64,000 nt of DNA from Stegostoma tigrinum (taxonomy: Eukaryota). The position numbers and the translations under genes were made by a program. A model generated the notes under the pieces. It saw only the letters and a list, made by a program, of their open reading frames with translations. It was not told the origin of the DNA and made no database searches. Shown piece after piece: positions 47,362 through 60,483 of the stretch. How positions within the stretch are numbered: position 1 is the first letter of the stretch; the number at the start of each line of letters is the position of its first letter. The stretch is taken from positions 11,140,599 to 11,204,598 of the forward strand of contig NC_081360.1 of the NCBI RefSeq assembly GCF_030684315.1, given 5' to 3'.

Positions 47362-49253
47362 AGAACATAGAACATAGAACATAGAACAGTACAGCACAGA
47401 ACAGGCCCTTCAGCCCACAATGTTGTGCCGACCATTGATCCTCATGTATGCACCCTCAAATTTCTGTCACCATATACATGTCCAGCAGTCTCTTAAATGA
47501 CCCCAATGACCTTGCTTCCACAACTGCTGCTGGCAACGCATTCCATGCTCTCACAACTCTCTGCGTAAAGAACCTGCCTCTGACATCCCCTCTATACTTT
47601 CCACCAACCAGCTTAAAACTATGACCCCTCGTGCTAGCCATTTCTGCCCTGGGAAATAGTCTCTGGCTATCAACTCTATCTATGCCTCTCATTATCTTGT
47701 ATACCTCAATTAGGTCCCCTCTCCTCCTCCTTTTCTCCAATGAAAAGAGACCGAGCTCAGTCAACCTCTCTTCATAAGATAAGCCCTCCAGTCCAGGCAG
47801 CATCCTGGTAAACCTCCTCTGAACCCTCTCCAAAGCATCCACATCTTTCCTATAATAGGACGCCCAGAACTGGACGCAGTATTCCAAGTGCGGTCTAACC
47901 AAAGTTTTATAGAGCTGCTACAAGATCTCACGATTCTTAAACTCAATCCCCCTGTTAATGAAAGCCAAAACACCATATGCTTTCTTAACAACCCTGTCCA
48001 CTTGGGTGGCCATTTTAAGGGATCTATGTATCTGCACACCAAGATCCCTCTGTTCCTCCACGCTGCCAAGAATCCTATCCTTAATCCTGTACTCAGCTTT
48101 CAAATTCGACCTTCCAAAATGCATCACCTCGCATTTATCCAGGTTGAACTCCATCTGCCACCTCTCAGCCCATCTCTGCATCCTGTCAATGTCCCGCTGC
48201 AGCCTACAACAGCCCTCTACACTGTCAACGACACCTCCGACCTTTGTGTCGTCTGCAAACTTGCTGACCCATCCTTCAATTCCCTCGTCCAAGTCATTAA
48301 TAAAAATTACAAACAGTAGAGGCCCAAGGACAGAGCCCTGTGGAACTCCACTCACCACTGACTTCCAGGCAGAATATTTTCCTTCTACCACCACTCGCTG
48401 TCTTCTGTTGGCCAGCCAATTCTGTATCCAAGCAGCTAAGTTCCCCTGTATCCCATTCCTCCTGACCTTCTGAATGAGCCTACCATGGGGAACCTTATCA
48501 AATGCCTTACTGAAGTCCATATACACCACATCCACAGCTCGACCCTCATCAACTTTTCTAGTCACATCCTCAAAAAACTCGATAAGGTTTGTAAGGCATG
48601 ACCTACCCCTCACAAAGCCGTGTTGACTATATTTGATCAAGCCATGCTCTTCCAGATGGTCATAAATCTTATCCCTCAGAATCCTTTCTAACACCTTGCA
48701 GACGACAGACGTGAGACTTACCGGTCTATAATTGCCGGGGATTTCCCTATTTCCTTTCTTGAAGAGAGGAATTACATTTGCCTCTCTCCAGTCCTCAGGT
48801 ACGACTCCAGTGGAGAGCGAGGATGCAAAGATCTTCGCAAGTGGCGAAGCAATTGCATTTCTCGCTTCCCAAAGCAGCCGAGGACAAATCTGATCCGGGC
48901 CTGGTGACTTGTCAATCTTAATGTTTGACAAAATTTTCAGCACATCAGCTTCGTCTATCTCTATCCATTCCAGCATGCACACCTGCTCTTCAAAGGTTTC
49001 ATTCACTACAAAGTTGGTTTCTTTCGTAAAGACAGAAGCAAAAAACTCATTTATGGCTTCCCCTACCTCCTCAGGCTCCACACACAAGTTCCCTATGCTA
49101 TCCCTGATCGGCCCTACTCTTTCTTTGACCATTCTCTTATTCCTCACGTAAGTGTAAAATGCCTTTGTGTTTTCCCGGATTCCTTCTGCCAAGCCTTTCT
49201 CGTGCCCCCTCCTGGCTCTCCTCAGACCATTTTTGAGCTCCTTCCTTGCCTGC
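47362..49253 (-). mobile_element. Young 5'-truncated CR1 LINE
   Basis: Nearly intact ORF2 part and a (TTCTATG)3 tail at ~47362-47386. Confidence 0.97.
47456..49192 (-). pseudogene. CR1 ORF2 reverse transcriptase (truncated), with a single in-frame TAG at 47918-47920
   Basis: DKSPGPD, NYRPVSLTS, QHGF..GRSCLTNL, YMDFSKAFDKVPH, SGVPQGSVLGPLLF, KFADDTK. The 424-aa and 148-aa ORFs are in the same frame. Confidence 0.95.
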
Positions 49254-49879
49254 TCTGGCTAATTATTTTCCTCTACCTTCTGAACCCCAGGTTAAAGCTA
49301 TCAAACTGGAATTTTCAGCTCCAACCTTAAAGGTCTTTGTGCTTCTCCAAGTTGAACTATTGGTCTGAGTGAAAAAAAAACCCAGCAATAACTGCCCACA
49401 CAGAATGACAAACTGCAAACTGACTCCATGGCAATGTGACACACTTGGAATTTTCCAAACAGAAATGTACAATAATTAGGTCTGAGTGCCAAAATCAAAC
49501 CTTTGATTCTGAAGCCCACATTAATAATTTATATTTCTAATGACTCAACAACTTGCTGTACCATACTTGCTCATTCCATCATGCAACCACCCAACTCACA
49601 AACTGTTTTTTCACTTCTTTTCATCTGGAAATGACGTACACAATTTAAATCTTTTATTGGGCAAAGTGCAGACCTGCTGACTCTACCACAAGTTCAAAGG
49701 TGGGTCATTCATTGTTTATGTTTGCTTGCTTTTAATTATGGTCTTATTAATTCACTAAACACCTGTCACCTTTGAATTGACTCAGGCAATTGCAAAAAAT
49801 CTAGCATTTTAATGCTCATACCCTAAATTTAATCCTTCCAAAACAAAAATTCCTCTCCAAAATATCAATATGAGCCATG

Positions 49880-50210
49880 AAACTAGATGATTAATATAAG
49901 ACACTGCTTGCCATTTGCCCATTATTGGATGAGCAGAAATTTCTTCCAGCCACAAATCGGGAAAACTGACGCTGTTGTCTTTTTGCCCTGCTACAAACCT
50001 AATTTCCTATCCACCACTTTCAGCCCTTGCACCTGGCTTAGGTTGAGTAAATCTGTTTTCAAACTTAGAAATTCATCTCTAGGTCAAACATAATGCCAAC
50101 TGTACATCTACATGATGACCAAAACTGTCTACTTTCTCCTCCATAACATTGTTCAACTTTGGCTCTGTCTCTACACATCTGTGTTGAAATACTAATCCAT
50201 TCCTGTGTCT
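49880..50210 (+). mobile_element. L2 LINE fragment
   Basis: WMSRNFFQPQIGKTDAVVF matches the L2 pattern WM..NFLQLN..KTEAIVF. Confidence 0.7.
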
Positions 50211-52429
50211 CTGCAATGCCTTTACAGAAAGAATCACATGTATAAAAGATGGAAAGCTAAAACAAAACTCGTTTAATCTGTTTTTTCTTATGCACGTGAA
50301 TATACAAATGTCCATGAGATGGCACTATTACACTCCTCCCTCCTAAATAGAAAAGTTACAGTGTAGTATTATTAACATTTTTGTTGGTCCCTGCTTCTTT
50401 TATTCACAAATCAAACTTAACCATTAGCTCCCCATTACTTAGAAAGTACCTCCTTTCCTGAACAAACTTTCAAAACTTATGAAAAGACCTTGATCCATGT
50501 TAGACTCAATCTGAGAGGAAATATTCTCAAAGGGATATATATTTTAACCTTGTTCTATGATTGGATTTTCCACTTTGTCAGTCATGTCTGCTGACTTTGA
50601 ATTGGCTCTCAAGTGGTTTCTGATGCAATTTCTGTTGGCTTATCTATTGGAACTCAATTCATATCCAAAATACCTGATTCATTGGTCCCTTCTGATTCTT
50701 CCACATATCCTTTTGTGCAAATCTTTGATGATAACATGTGATCTAAATCTGCAAGTATATCCTTCAAGTAGCAAACAACTTGAGCAAATGTGTGTGAAAA
50801 CCATATAATTTAAAAACTCTTCCTGTTAGCTGCGTAACCACTTCTGATGATGATTTTTCATCTTAAATTTCTGATTCAACTTCTGAGTATTTTCTCTCAC
50901 TTTATCCCTATGCTGGCAGTCTTTCTGCCTCTGTTCTGCTGACTGTGCTAAATGTAGCTTCAGCAATTAAAGCCTAAGCCAATCAGTGTCAGCATGTCAT
51001 CCAATCAGCATTCTTTTCTCCTGTGGTCTAAATTGTTGTAGTTGTTTGAAATTTGGCATTCTTGCATTTACTGTGATAAGTGTAAGATGAAAAGCTTCAG
51101 CAATGCATGTCTCAGAAATATTCTTTCTAGGCTGAGTTCTAGGAAACAATTCAATTGACATTTAGCCAGTAGCAATGTGATAGTTGTTATGATAGGTAAA
51201 CAGAAAATTTGTCAAAATACCATTTAGTGACAACTGTTATTTCTTCAAATTTAAATGCAGCAACTCATTCAAAAGAGCATACTAAACAATTTTCACTATG
51301 TCATTCACTGCTGCACTGCAAACAGGATACTATGGTTGGAATCTTATCGAGGCTCGAGTGATATGGGCTATGGTGAGATGTGTAGAAGGATTGTGCAAGC
51401 AGCCTGATAAGACTTATCTTGATATCAGGAACAACTCGCTGCATCCTTTATGCATTTGCTGGACAATGAGGTGAGTTTTTCATGAGGCAGCTGAAACAAC
51501 TGAGTTGTTACTGAAGGGGAATTACTGCTTGTTAAACTCCTTGTTAATGCCCCAATTCACCTCATTAATATTCAGCTTCCTATCTTCCCAAATGCACTGA
51601 ACAAGCTCAATATCAAGAACTCTCAGCATGGAAGTGAGTGGTGTCTTAAGCTCACCACTGGCCATGTTGACCCTCCATGTTGCTCAGCACCAAATGACAT
51701 TTCAGGGTAGGAAACCACATACACCTCTCATCCACAGACATTAGCATCTCATATTTACTAACTAATCACAACTATTCATGGCAGTTCTATGATGCACTTA
51801 CAGATCTCTTAGCAAGCACACACTTGCATTGTAGGTTGCACTAGCAACTAATGCTGAAAGACTGTTGCAAAGACACTGTGTGTGCATGGATAAGCACTCA
51901 ACATGTGGATTAGATCAGGCTGCCATTCAAGGATGCTCATTTACTTTCCTAGCGCTTGCTCATTTGATGCCTAGCTGCATGCCCACAGCATCCATGTCTT
52001 ACCTTGCCTTATCTTGTCATTCCTGGTAGTGCAGTAAAACAATGAAGTAGAATCATAGAGTTGTACAGCACAGAAACAGAACCTTTCCAACTTGTCCATG
52101 CCAACCAAAGTTTCTCTTGCTGGTCAGTAGTCCTCAGTGAAGAGGGTAGACTCTTGTTGCTCAGTACAATGCCATGTCAACCTCCTAACTGCACCATATG
52201 CTTGCAGCTTACACAACAAATATATAATGTTTGCAGCGAGGAAGCAGTCAGGTCTCAAAGCCAGGTGCTGTCGTCACTGAAATCCATGAAGTATCCTATT
52301 AGTTCAGGGGTCCCAGCCACAGTAAGTCAAGGGCAGCCACCAATACCAGTTCAGGTCAGGTGACTAAACTGGGTGTTCCCAGGGAGGGGGTTTATGCCTC
52401 TTCAGTGTAGGGAGTCAACCCTGTGGACA

Positions 52430-54412
52430 GGCCAGATGGGGAATACAGGATCTAGTGAGAGGGTGGAACTAAGGAAATCACTGTGAGTAGGGAATGATGT
52501 TGGAAAGATTGATGGAATTAAAGGCCAATAAAACCACAGGGCCAGATAAGCTACATTCCAGAGTATTTAAAGAAGTGGCTCTAAAAAATAGTGGATGCAT
52601 TGGTGGTCACCTTTCAAGAAAATGTAGACTTTGGAACTGTTCCCATTGATTGAAGTGTAGCTAATGCAACTCCACTATTTGAAAAAAGGTAGAGAGAAAA
52701 CAAGGAATCATAGACCAATTTCCTGACATTAGTAGTATGAAAAATGCTTAGAGTCCATTATAAAAGATTTAATAAGAGAGCACTTAGAAAATAATGACAG
52801 AGTCAGTGTAGATTTACGAAAGGGGAAATCATGCTTTTCAAGGATGTAATTTGTAGAGTTGATAAGGAAGAGGTGTTGATGAAGTTTACTCAAATTTTGA
52901 GAAGGCTTTTGATAAGGTCCAACTAAGAAATTAGCATGTAAAAATAAAGCACATTGAATTGGGTATACTACACTCAAATAGATAGGGAACCAGTTGGTAG
53001 TCAGGAAACAAAGAGTAGGAATGATTGGGTCTTTTTCTGACTGACGGCCAACCAATAGTGGAGTACCCAGAGATCAGTGCTTGGACCCCAGCTAATCACA
53101 ATATATAATAATTATTTAGATGATGGAAATAAATGTAATGTCTCCAGACTTACAGATGATACAGTGCTGGATAGGAGGGTGAACTGTGTGGAGAATGTAA
53201 AGATGCTTCAGTGTAACTTGGACAAGTTGAGTGAGTGGACAAATGCATGGCAGATGAAATATATTGTGCATAAGTGAGAGGTTATCAACTTTGGTAATAA
53301 AAACATTATTATCTGAATAGCAATAGATTGGGAAAGGGGAGATGCAACAAGATATGGCTGTCCTTGTACAACAGTCACTGAAAGTAAGTAGGTGCAGCAG
53401 GCAGTGAAGAAGGCATATCTATGTTGGCCTTTATAGCAAGACCATTTGAATACAAGAGCAGGGATGTCTTGCTGCAATTGTACAGGACTTTGATGAGACC
53501 ATGCCCAGAGTATTATATGCAGCTTTTGTCTCCTTAGCTGACGAAGGATGTTCTGATTTGGAAAGAGTGCAAAGGTTTATCAGACTGATTCCTGGAATGG
53601 CAGGACTGACATGTGAATGGAGCTAACCCACAGAGGTTTTTAAAATCATTTGGGGTATGGATAAGGTTAGTAGCAGATGTTTTTTCCCTTTGGTGGGGGA
53701 TTTCAAGACTTGGGGCAACTTTTTTTACACAAAGAGTGATTAGTGTGTGGAGTGAATTTCCAGAGGAAATGTTGGATGCGGGTACAGTTATGATGTCTAT
53801 AGACTTTTTGATAAGTACATGAATAAGAAATGTTTAGACGGATTTGGACAAAGCTCAGGCAGGTAGAACTAGTTTAGTTTGGTGCTATGGTCAGCATGAA
53901 CTGATTGGACCAAAGGGTCTGTTTCCATGCTGTATGACTGTGTATTCATTGGTGTTCAGAAGGATGGCTGATGGTGCAGGGGCTGATGGTTGTGTATGTG
54001 TGGGGTGGGGGGTGTGGTTATGGAAGTTGGTGTTTGCAAAAAACTATTAAATTCTAACAGGACTAGGCAGGGTGAATGCTAGAAGGATGTTCCCGATGAC
54101 CAGAGAGTCCCGAAATAGGGCTTACAGACTCATGTAAGGGACAGGCCAATTCATCTTGAGATGGGAATAAATTTCTTCACCCAGAGCATGGTGAGCCAGT
54201 GAAATTCTCTGCCACAGAAATCAGTTGAAACCAAAATATTGAATGTTTTCAAGAGGGAGTTAGGTATGGTTCTTGGAGCTAAAGACATCAAAGAGTATAG
54301 AGAAAAAGCAGGAATAGGGTAGAGTAGAATAATCAGCCATGATCATATTGAATGGCACAGCAGGCTCAAAGGGCTGATTGGCTTACTCCTGCTCCTATTT
54401 TCTATGTTTCTA
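52430..54412 (+). mobile_element. Old CR1 (RT to 3' UTR) with a second CR1 3' fragment nested at ~53620-53945
   Basis: ELKANKTTGPDKLHSRVFKEV, SVLGPQLITIYNNYLD, LDKLSEWTNAWQM. Inner fragment FFTQRVISVWSEFPEEM has its own tail; the outer 3' end is cctgctcctattttctatgtttct. Confidence 0.8.
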
Positions 54413-54721
54413 ACTCATCTGTGGCCAAATGGTTAGGTTGTTTTACGAATGGGTCATGGTCAGTCTGTTGGGTCTATCTACAGAAACTGAGAGTGATGTG
54501 ATGGGGACAAGAGGGGCTGTTGCTGCAGACACAAACTCGGGTAATTATTTTTGAAATTAGATTTTAAATGATTGGTTGGTTGAGGGGAGATGGGGAAAAA
54601 AAGCTTTTCAGGTAGAGAATTGCACTGGTCTGGAACCCAAAGCTTATAACGATCTTAGAGGTGGAATCCCTCACCACATTTAAAAGATTGCTGTCAACTG
54701 CAAGGTGAATGTGAGGAGATG

Positions 54722-55293
54722 TGTATAATTTTTATATATTAATATCATTCTTGGATTGTGGATTACAATTTAGAGGCAGAAGCAAGTTTTGTTTCTTTCC
54801 TACAAGGATTCAAGGCAGTTCAGGAAACAAGCCACCTCAGCAAGAGAGAGTTTGGTTAAAAATGAGAGTTGTGATCATTTGGCTCTCAGATTTGTGGAAT
54901 CATCCACATTGACAAGTTTGGAAAGGACTCTTTGAATAGTCTCCATAGACCACAGCAAATAAACTGTCAGGTGTGGCCTATGTAGAATCTGCAGTCTAAA
55001 GTATATATTTCTCTGGACTGGAGTCTCTGTAATGGAAAATGTTGGGAAACAGGTTGGGACTTTCTTTTGCTGTGTGTTTGAGATTTTTCTTTGTCAATAT
55101 TTAGATAACTTGATGTGATTTTGTTTATTTTGTGTAATAAACTTCTGTTCTGTTGTTAAAGAAAATCTACAACCTCACAGGAATATGTCTCAATGAATAA
55201 TCACCACGTTAGTCATCTGAAACAAAAAATATGATTTATCAAGCCAGGTTTCAGTCTGGAATCTGACCTGTCCAGTACCATGGGCTTGGAACA
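54722..55293 (+). mobile_element. Probable solo LTR inserted in a CR1 3' fragment
   Basis: TG...CA ends (tgtataa...ggaaca), internal AATAAA (gtaataaac, ~55135), 4-bp flanks gatg/tatg. CR1-like sequence resumes on both sides. Confidence 0.5.
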
Positions 55294-56389
55294 TATGCAC
55301 CAAATGCTGAAATGTCGGTTCAAGCTGGTGGTTGGTTGCTTAGTTTGCAGAGACATGATGTATCATGTAATGTTTTTGCCATGCTGTAAACTTTCTATGA
55401 CGCTGTTATTCTAGAAAACCCATCAGTCCATTTTAAATGAATATCTAACACAGTGAATAATTGTCACTATTCTAAATATGCAAAATCTATCCCAACCTTT
55501 GCTGCAATCTAGCTGGCCACTTCCTGAATTCCAAAGGTATTGATGGCAGTTTCTTTTCTATTACCTGACAAACATTGCCACTTATTTCACAACATTTTCT
55601 GTACCTTTATCTAACCTGGGCAGGCAAAGACAACTGTTCACCATCTGCTTGTCAAATAGATCCCCAAGTGCTTATCATGAAGATCACATTACAACTGAGT
55701 TCTGCACTATTTGTGAATTAAAATTCTGCCTCTCTACATGACACATTTATCAACTGCCTACTCATCCTTACACTAAAGAAATGCCGTGAATTGTAAATCC
55801 AATATCTGAGCTGGCCATTTACAATCTTGTCATATATTCTTGCCAATACAGATTCCCTATGAAATGTTCTACCAATGTCATTTGCTTTGACTAGCAACTC
55901 TTCAATGTATGAAAAGAAAAATGCATCTTCTGTATTGAGCTATACCGCTGATAGGAAATGGTAATCTTGACATTATATCAGCATTGCAATAATCTTCCAA
56001 ACATCTGAGTTTAATGTTATACTTATAATCAAACAAAATCAAAGTCCATCTCTTTATTCAGACAGCAGATAAAGGAGTACTGCAGACTTTAGATTTAGAA
56101 TAGTTATTGGTAGCTTATGGTCAGTTACAAACATAAAAGGAAAAGAAAAAAATCATTCCAAGTACTTAAGAACTCTTCAGATATCAAGGACAATGCTTCA
56201 TTTTCTGTCTGAATCATTTCATTCATTGTATTTGCCTTTCACATCTTCAGTACCGGTCTCTCCTCATCACTATCCATCAGATGAGAAATGATAGCACCTA
56301 TTTCACATCACATGCTTTGCCTAATCTTTTTAGACACATTATAATGTACAAGCATTAATATGTCTCTACATCTTGATTTTGACACATAT

Positions 56390-56820
56390 TAGACATGTTG
56401 TCACTCCTTTGTCCAGTTCCACTCCAGGCTTTGAGCACAAGATCAAGACTGACACTTCAGTGCAATACTGGACTGCTGCACTGTTGCAGATGCAATTGTT
56501 TGGATCACATATTAAACCCAACATCCCTTCTGCTTGTTTGGCTAGATGTAAAACATCCCATGGCACTATATAAAGAAAGCAAATAATTTATTCCAGGTGT
56601 CCTGGCTGATATGTATTTCATATGCAACATCACGAAGGACAGATTATTTGGTTACTATCATGTTGCTATTTGAGAGAGTTTGCTGTGCATAAATTGGCAG
56701 ATAATTTTGCTTCAATGGACAAGGAATTCACTTCAAAAGTACTTCATTGGCTGAAAGACACTTTGAGACATCCAGTAGTCATGTAAATTGCTGGATAAAT
56801 ACACATCTTTTATTCTTTTT
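56390..56820 (+). mobile_element. DeuSINE (SacSINE1-like)
   Basis: gatgtaaaacatcccatggcactat...ggtgtcctggctgatatgtat...gtttgctgtgcataaattggc...cttcaaaagtacttcattggctg. Confidence 0.7.
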
Positions 56821-58158
56821 ATGCAAAGAAAGGGGAATGTTCTTTTGCATTACAAATGCTGGGTGAAGTTGTTCACTGAGGCAAATGGGTGTAGGGACCT
56901 AGACTTGAGCACAATACCTTAGACATCATTGCCAGCAACCTAGCCAGCTGTGCCCGCCATTGTACCCTCTGCAATTTGACCTAGATCAGAAGAAACCTGC
57001 CTATCCACAGGCCAATTAACTATTCAAAGGTTGTCTCCCACTACAGCTACAACTGACTCCATGGTGGACAGAAACTGTCACCAAATGTGAAGCTCAAGAC
57101 CTTCTACTGCTCAAGCTGGTGGTGGACAAAGTGGGGAGGATACTTCCTTTCCCACTGCCCGAGGCTCATTGGGTATCACCACCCTATCTCCCCACTCCTT
57201 ATATTACCCTTCTCACTGAAGCCTGACAGTGTGACCCTAATGATTGTGCTCACACTTACCCTTGCACTTCATTCCAGCAATGATGGCTGGTGGGGACGAG
57301 GTGCAGTTGCAGCAATGGCCACCATTCCTGCCGGAAACGAAAGAGATACCAGTGAGTATGAAGATCCCAAGTGTTATCACAAACCAAATAGTGGCCCAGC
57401 AACCACCTAAAAAGCAGATGCCAGGCTCATTTCCATCCTCCAAAAGTCAAACCAGGGATTTTGAACCTCAGACCAGCGTAAAATCCCAGCCACTTTTTAA
57501 ATGCAAGGGAGCCACAGGTAGTTAGAAACATCAAAATCAAAAAAGGAAAATAAATGTAATGGGTAGTTGCTCACTGAAGGAAAATAATCTGACTAAAGCC
57601 ATAATGGTGCAATATAAGATTCAGCAAAACATCTTTTGATGAGCCATTATGTAATTTGGAATACAGCAGAGGGCAAATTGTTCTGACAAAGCTTCATCTA
57701 TTGCGATTTCTGTAATTCATCTACCTTACTGGAAAACCTGCAACATATGTTTGTAGATCTAATTTTTGTAAACATAATTCCCTGAAATATTCCTGGACTT
57801 CTGTTTAACAGTCAGTTTTTCTATCCCCTGAAAGGACAATTTTAGCACAAAACATTCAATGTAACTGATGCTGTCAGTGCCTGGGGCAATAACGAAGTCA
57901 AATTAATGGGTTGAATCTCTATTTTCAGTTGTGCAATCAAAGAGTGAACAATATGGAAATCTTGTTTTGTCCAAGGACATATACAGCCTATTAATGTACT
58001 ATTAATGTTGTTTTATTAAGGTATGCTAGCTGTTTAAAAACAGTCATTGTATTATCGCCAGACTTATTACTTGATCGGTTAACAGAATTGCTATAGTGAT
58101 ATATACAATGATAGCAGTGCTGTAAACAGCTTGCATTCATGGATATATTAATACAACT

Positions 58159-59978
58159 TCATACGTGTGGAATAAGAGAATGATCAGGGAGAAGGTAGGG
58201 CCAATCAGGGATAGCGTAGGGAACTAGTGCGTGGAGTCTGAGCAGATAGGGGAAGCCCTAAATGAGTTTTTTTGGTTCGGTTTTCACGAAGGAAAGGGAC
58301 CTTGTTGTGAATGAGAACTTTGAGGAGCAGGAAAACAGACTTGAGCGGATCAAGATTGAGGAAGCTGATGTGCTGGAAATTTTGGCAAACGTTAAGATTG
58401 ATAAGTCCCCAGGGCCAGACCAGATTTATCCTAGGTTGCTCCGGAAAGCGAGAAAGGAGGTTGCTAAGTCGCTGGCAAAGATCTTTGCTTCCTCACTCGC
58501 CACAGGAGTCGTACCAGAAGATTGGATGGAGGCAAATGTTGTTCCTCTTTTCAAGACAGGGAATAGGGAAATCCCTGGAAATTACAGACCAGTCAGTCTT
58601 ACGTCTGTGGTCAGCAAGGTTTTGGAAAGAATTCTGAGGGATAGGATTTATGACTCTTTGGAAGAGCATAGCGTGATTAAAGGGAGTCAGCATGACTTTG
58701 TGAGGGGCAGGTCATTCCTTACAAATCTTAGTGAGTTCTTTGAGGAAGTCACCGAGACAGGTTGACGAGGGTCGAGCAGTGGATGTGGTGTACATGGACT
58801 TCAGCAATGCATTTGATAAGGTTCCCCACGGCAGGCTCATTCATAAAGTCAGGAGGTATGGGATACAGGGTGATCTGGCTGTCTGGGTTCAGAACTGGTT
58901 GGCTGACAGGAGGCAGAGAGTGGTTGCAGATGGTAAGTATTCTGCCTGGAGGTCAGTGCTAAGTGGTGTCCCGCAGGGCTCTGTTCTTGGGTCTCTGCTC
59001 TTTGTAGTTTTTATAAATGACTTGGATGGGGAGGTTGAGGAGTGCGTTGGTATGTTTGCTGATGACACAAAGGTTGGAGGTGCCGTTGATAGTATCAAGG
59101 GCTATTGCAAGCTTCAGCGAGACATTGACAGAATGCAGAGCTGGTCTGAGGAATGGCAGATGGAGTTCAACCTGGATAAATGCGAAGTGATGCATTTTGG
59201 AAGGTCGAACTTAAATGCTGAATATAGGATTAAAGGCAGGATTCTCGGCAGTGTGGAGGAACAGCGGGTTCTTGGTGTTCAAGTTCATAGCTCCTTCAAA
59301 GTTGCCACCCAGGTGGATAAGGTTGTTAAGAAAGCATATGGTGTTTTGGCTTTCATTAACAGGGGGATCGAGCTTAAGAGCCACGAGGATATGCTGCAGC
59401 TCTACAAAACCCTGGTGAGACCACTCTTGGAATATTGTGTCCAGTTCTGGTCGCCCTATTATAGGAAAGATGTGGAGGCTTTGGAGAGGGTGTAAAGGAG
59501 GTTTACCAGGATGCTGCCTGGACTGGAGGGCTTGTCTTATGAGGAGAGGTTGACTGAGCTCGGACTTTTCTCTCTGGAGAGAAGGAGGAAGAGAGATGAC
59601 CTGATCGAGGTGTACAAGGTAATGAAAGGCATGGATAGAGTCGATAGCCAGAGAATTTTTCTCTAGGGCAGGATTGACTGCCACGAGGGGTCGTAGTTTT
59701 AAGGTGTTAGGAGGAAGGTATAGAGGAGACGTCAGAGGGAGGTTCTTCACCCCGAGAGTTGTAAGCGCATGGAATACTTTGCCAGTGGTAGTCGTGGAAG
59801 CAGAGTCATTAGTGACATTTAAGTGACTGCTGGACATGCACGTGGACAGCAGTGAATTGAGGGGAGTGTAGGAGTGTAGGTTATGTTATTTTATTTTTGG
59901 ATTAGGAATATTCCACGGCACAACATTGTGGGCCGAAGGGCCTGTTCTGTGCTGTACTTTTCTATGTTCTATGTTCTA
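58159..59978 (+). mobile_element. Fairly young 5'-truncated CR1 LINE, related to 47362-49253
   Basis: ORFs 58262-58765 and 58731-59495 (one frameshift, a few stops) carry all RT motifs. Tail tttctatgttctatgttcta. Confidence 0.96.
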
Positions 59979-60377
59979 AGTGTTAAATGTCCCTTGATAA
60001 CACAGTGTTGCAATTTTATTCATTGTTCAGCCATTGATTGCACTGGTATATGTCAATGCAGATGACATTTCTATATTTACTCCACACCACTGGGAAAAGC
60101 TATAATGATATCCATTTGGTTCCACTTTTTGCCCAGTAATACACCTAACAATGAAATCCATAACCTTGGAAACCTGAAAAAATATGTGATTCAAAGATCT
60201 GTCAAACAACTCCCACTCTTAGACATGACCATACTAATCAAACTTAAGCTTACATCATCCGCATAACTATATTTCAAATACTTCACTGTATAAAAATATG
60301 TATTGAGCCAAACTGCCCCTCAACGAGTGATATATTGAAAAAAATGCTGACGTTGATATTTTAGTGTGAAGTAATAT

Positions 60378-60483
60378 AGAACACAGAACACAGAACAGTA
60401 CAGCACAGAACAGGCCCTTCAGCCCACGATGTTGTGCCGACCATTGATCCTCATGTATGCACCCTCAAATTTCTGTGACCATA
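60378..60483 (-). mobile_element. CR1 3' tail-only insertion (~105 bp)
   Basis: Nearly identical to ~47369-47474. Confidence 0.9.
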
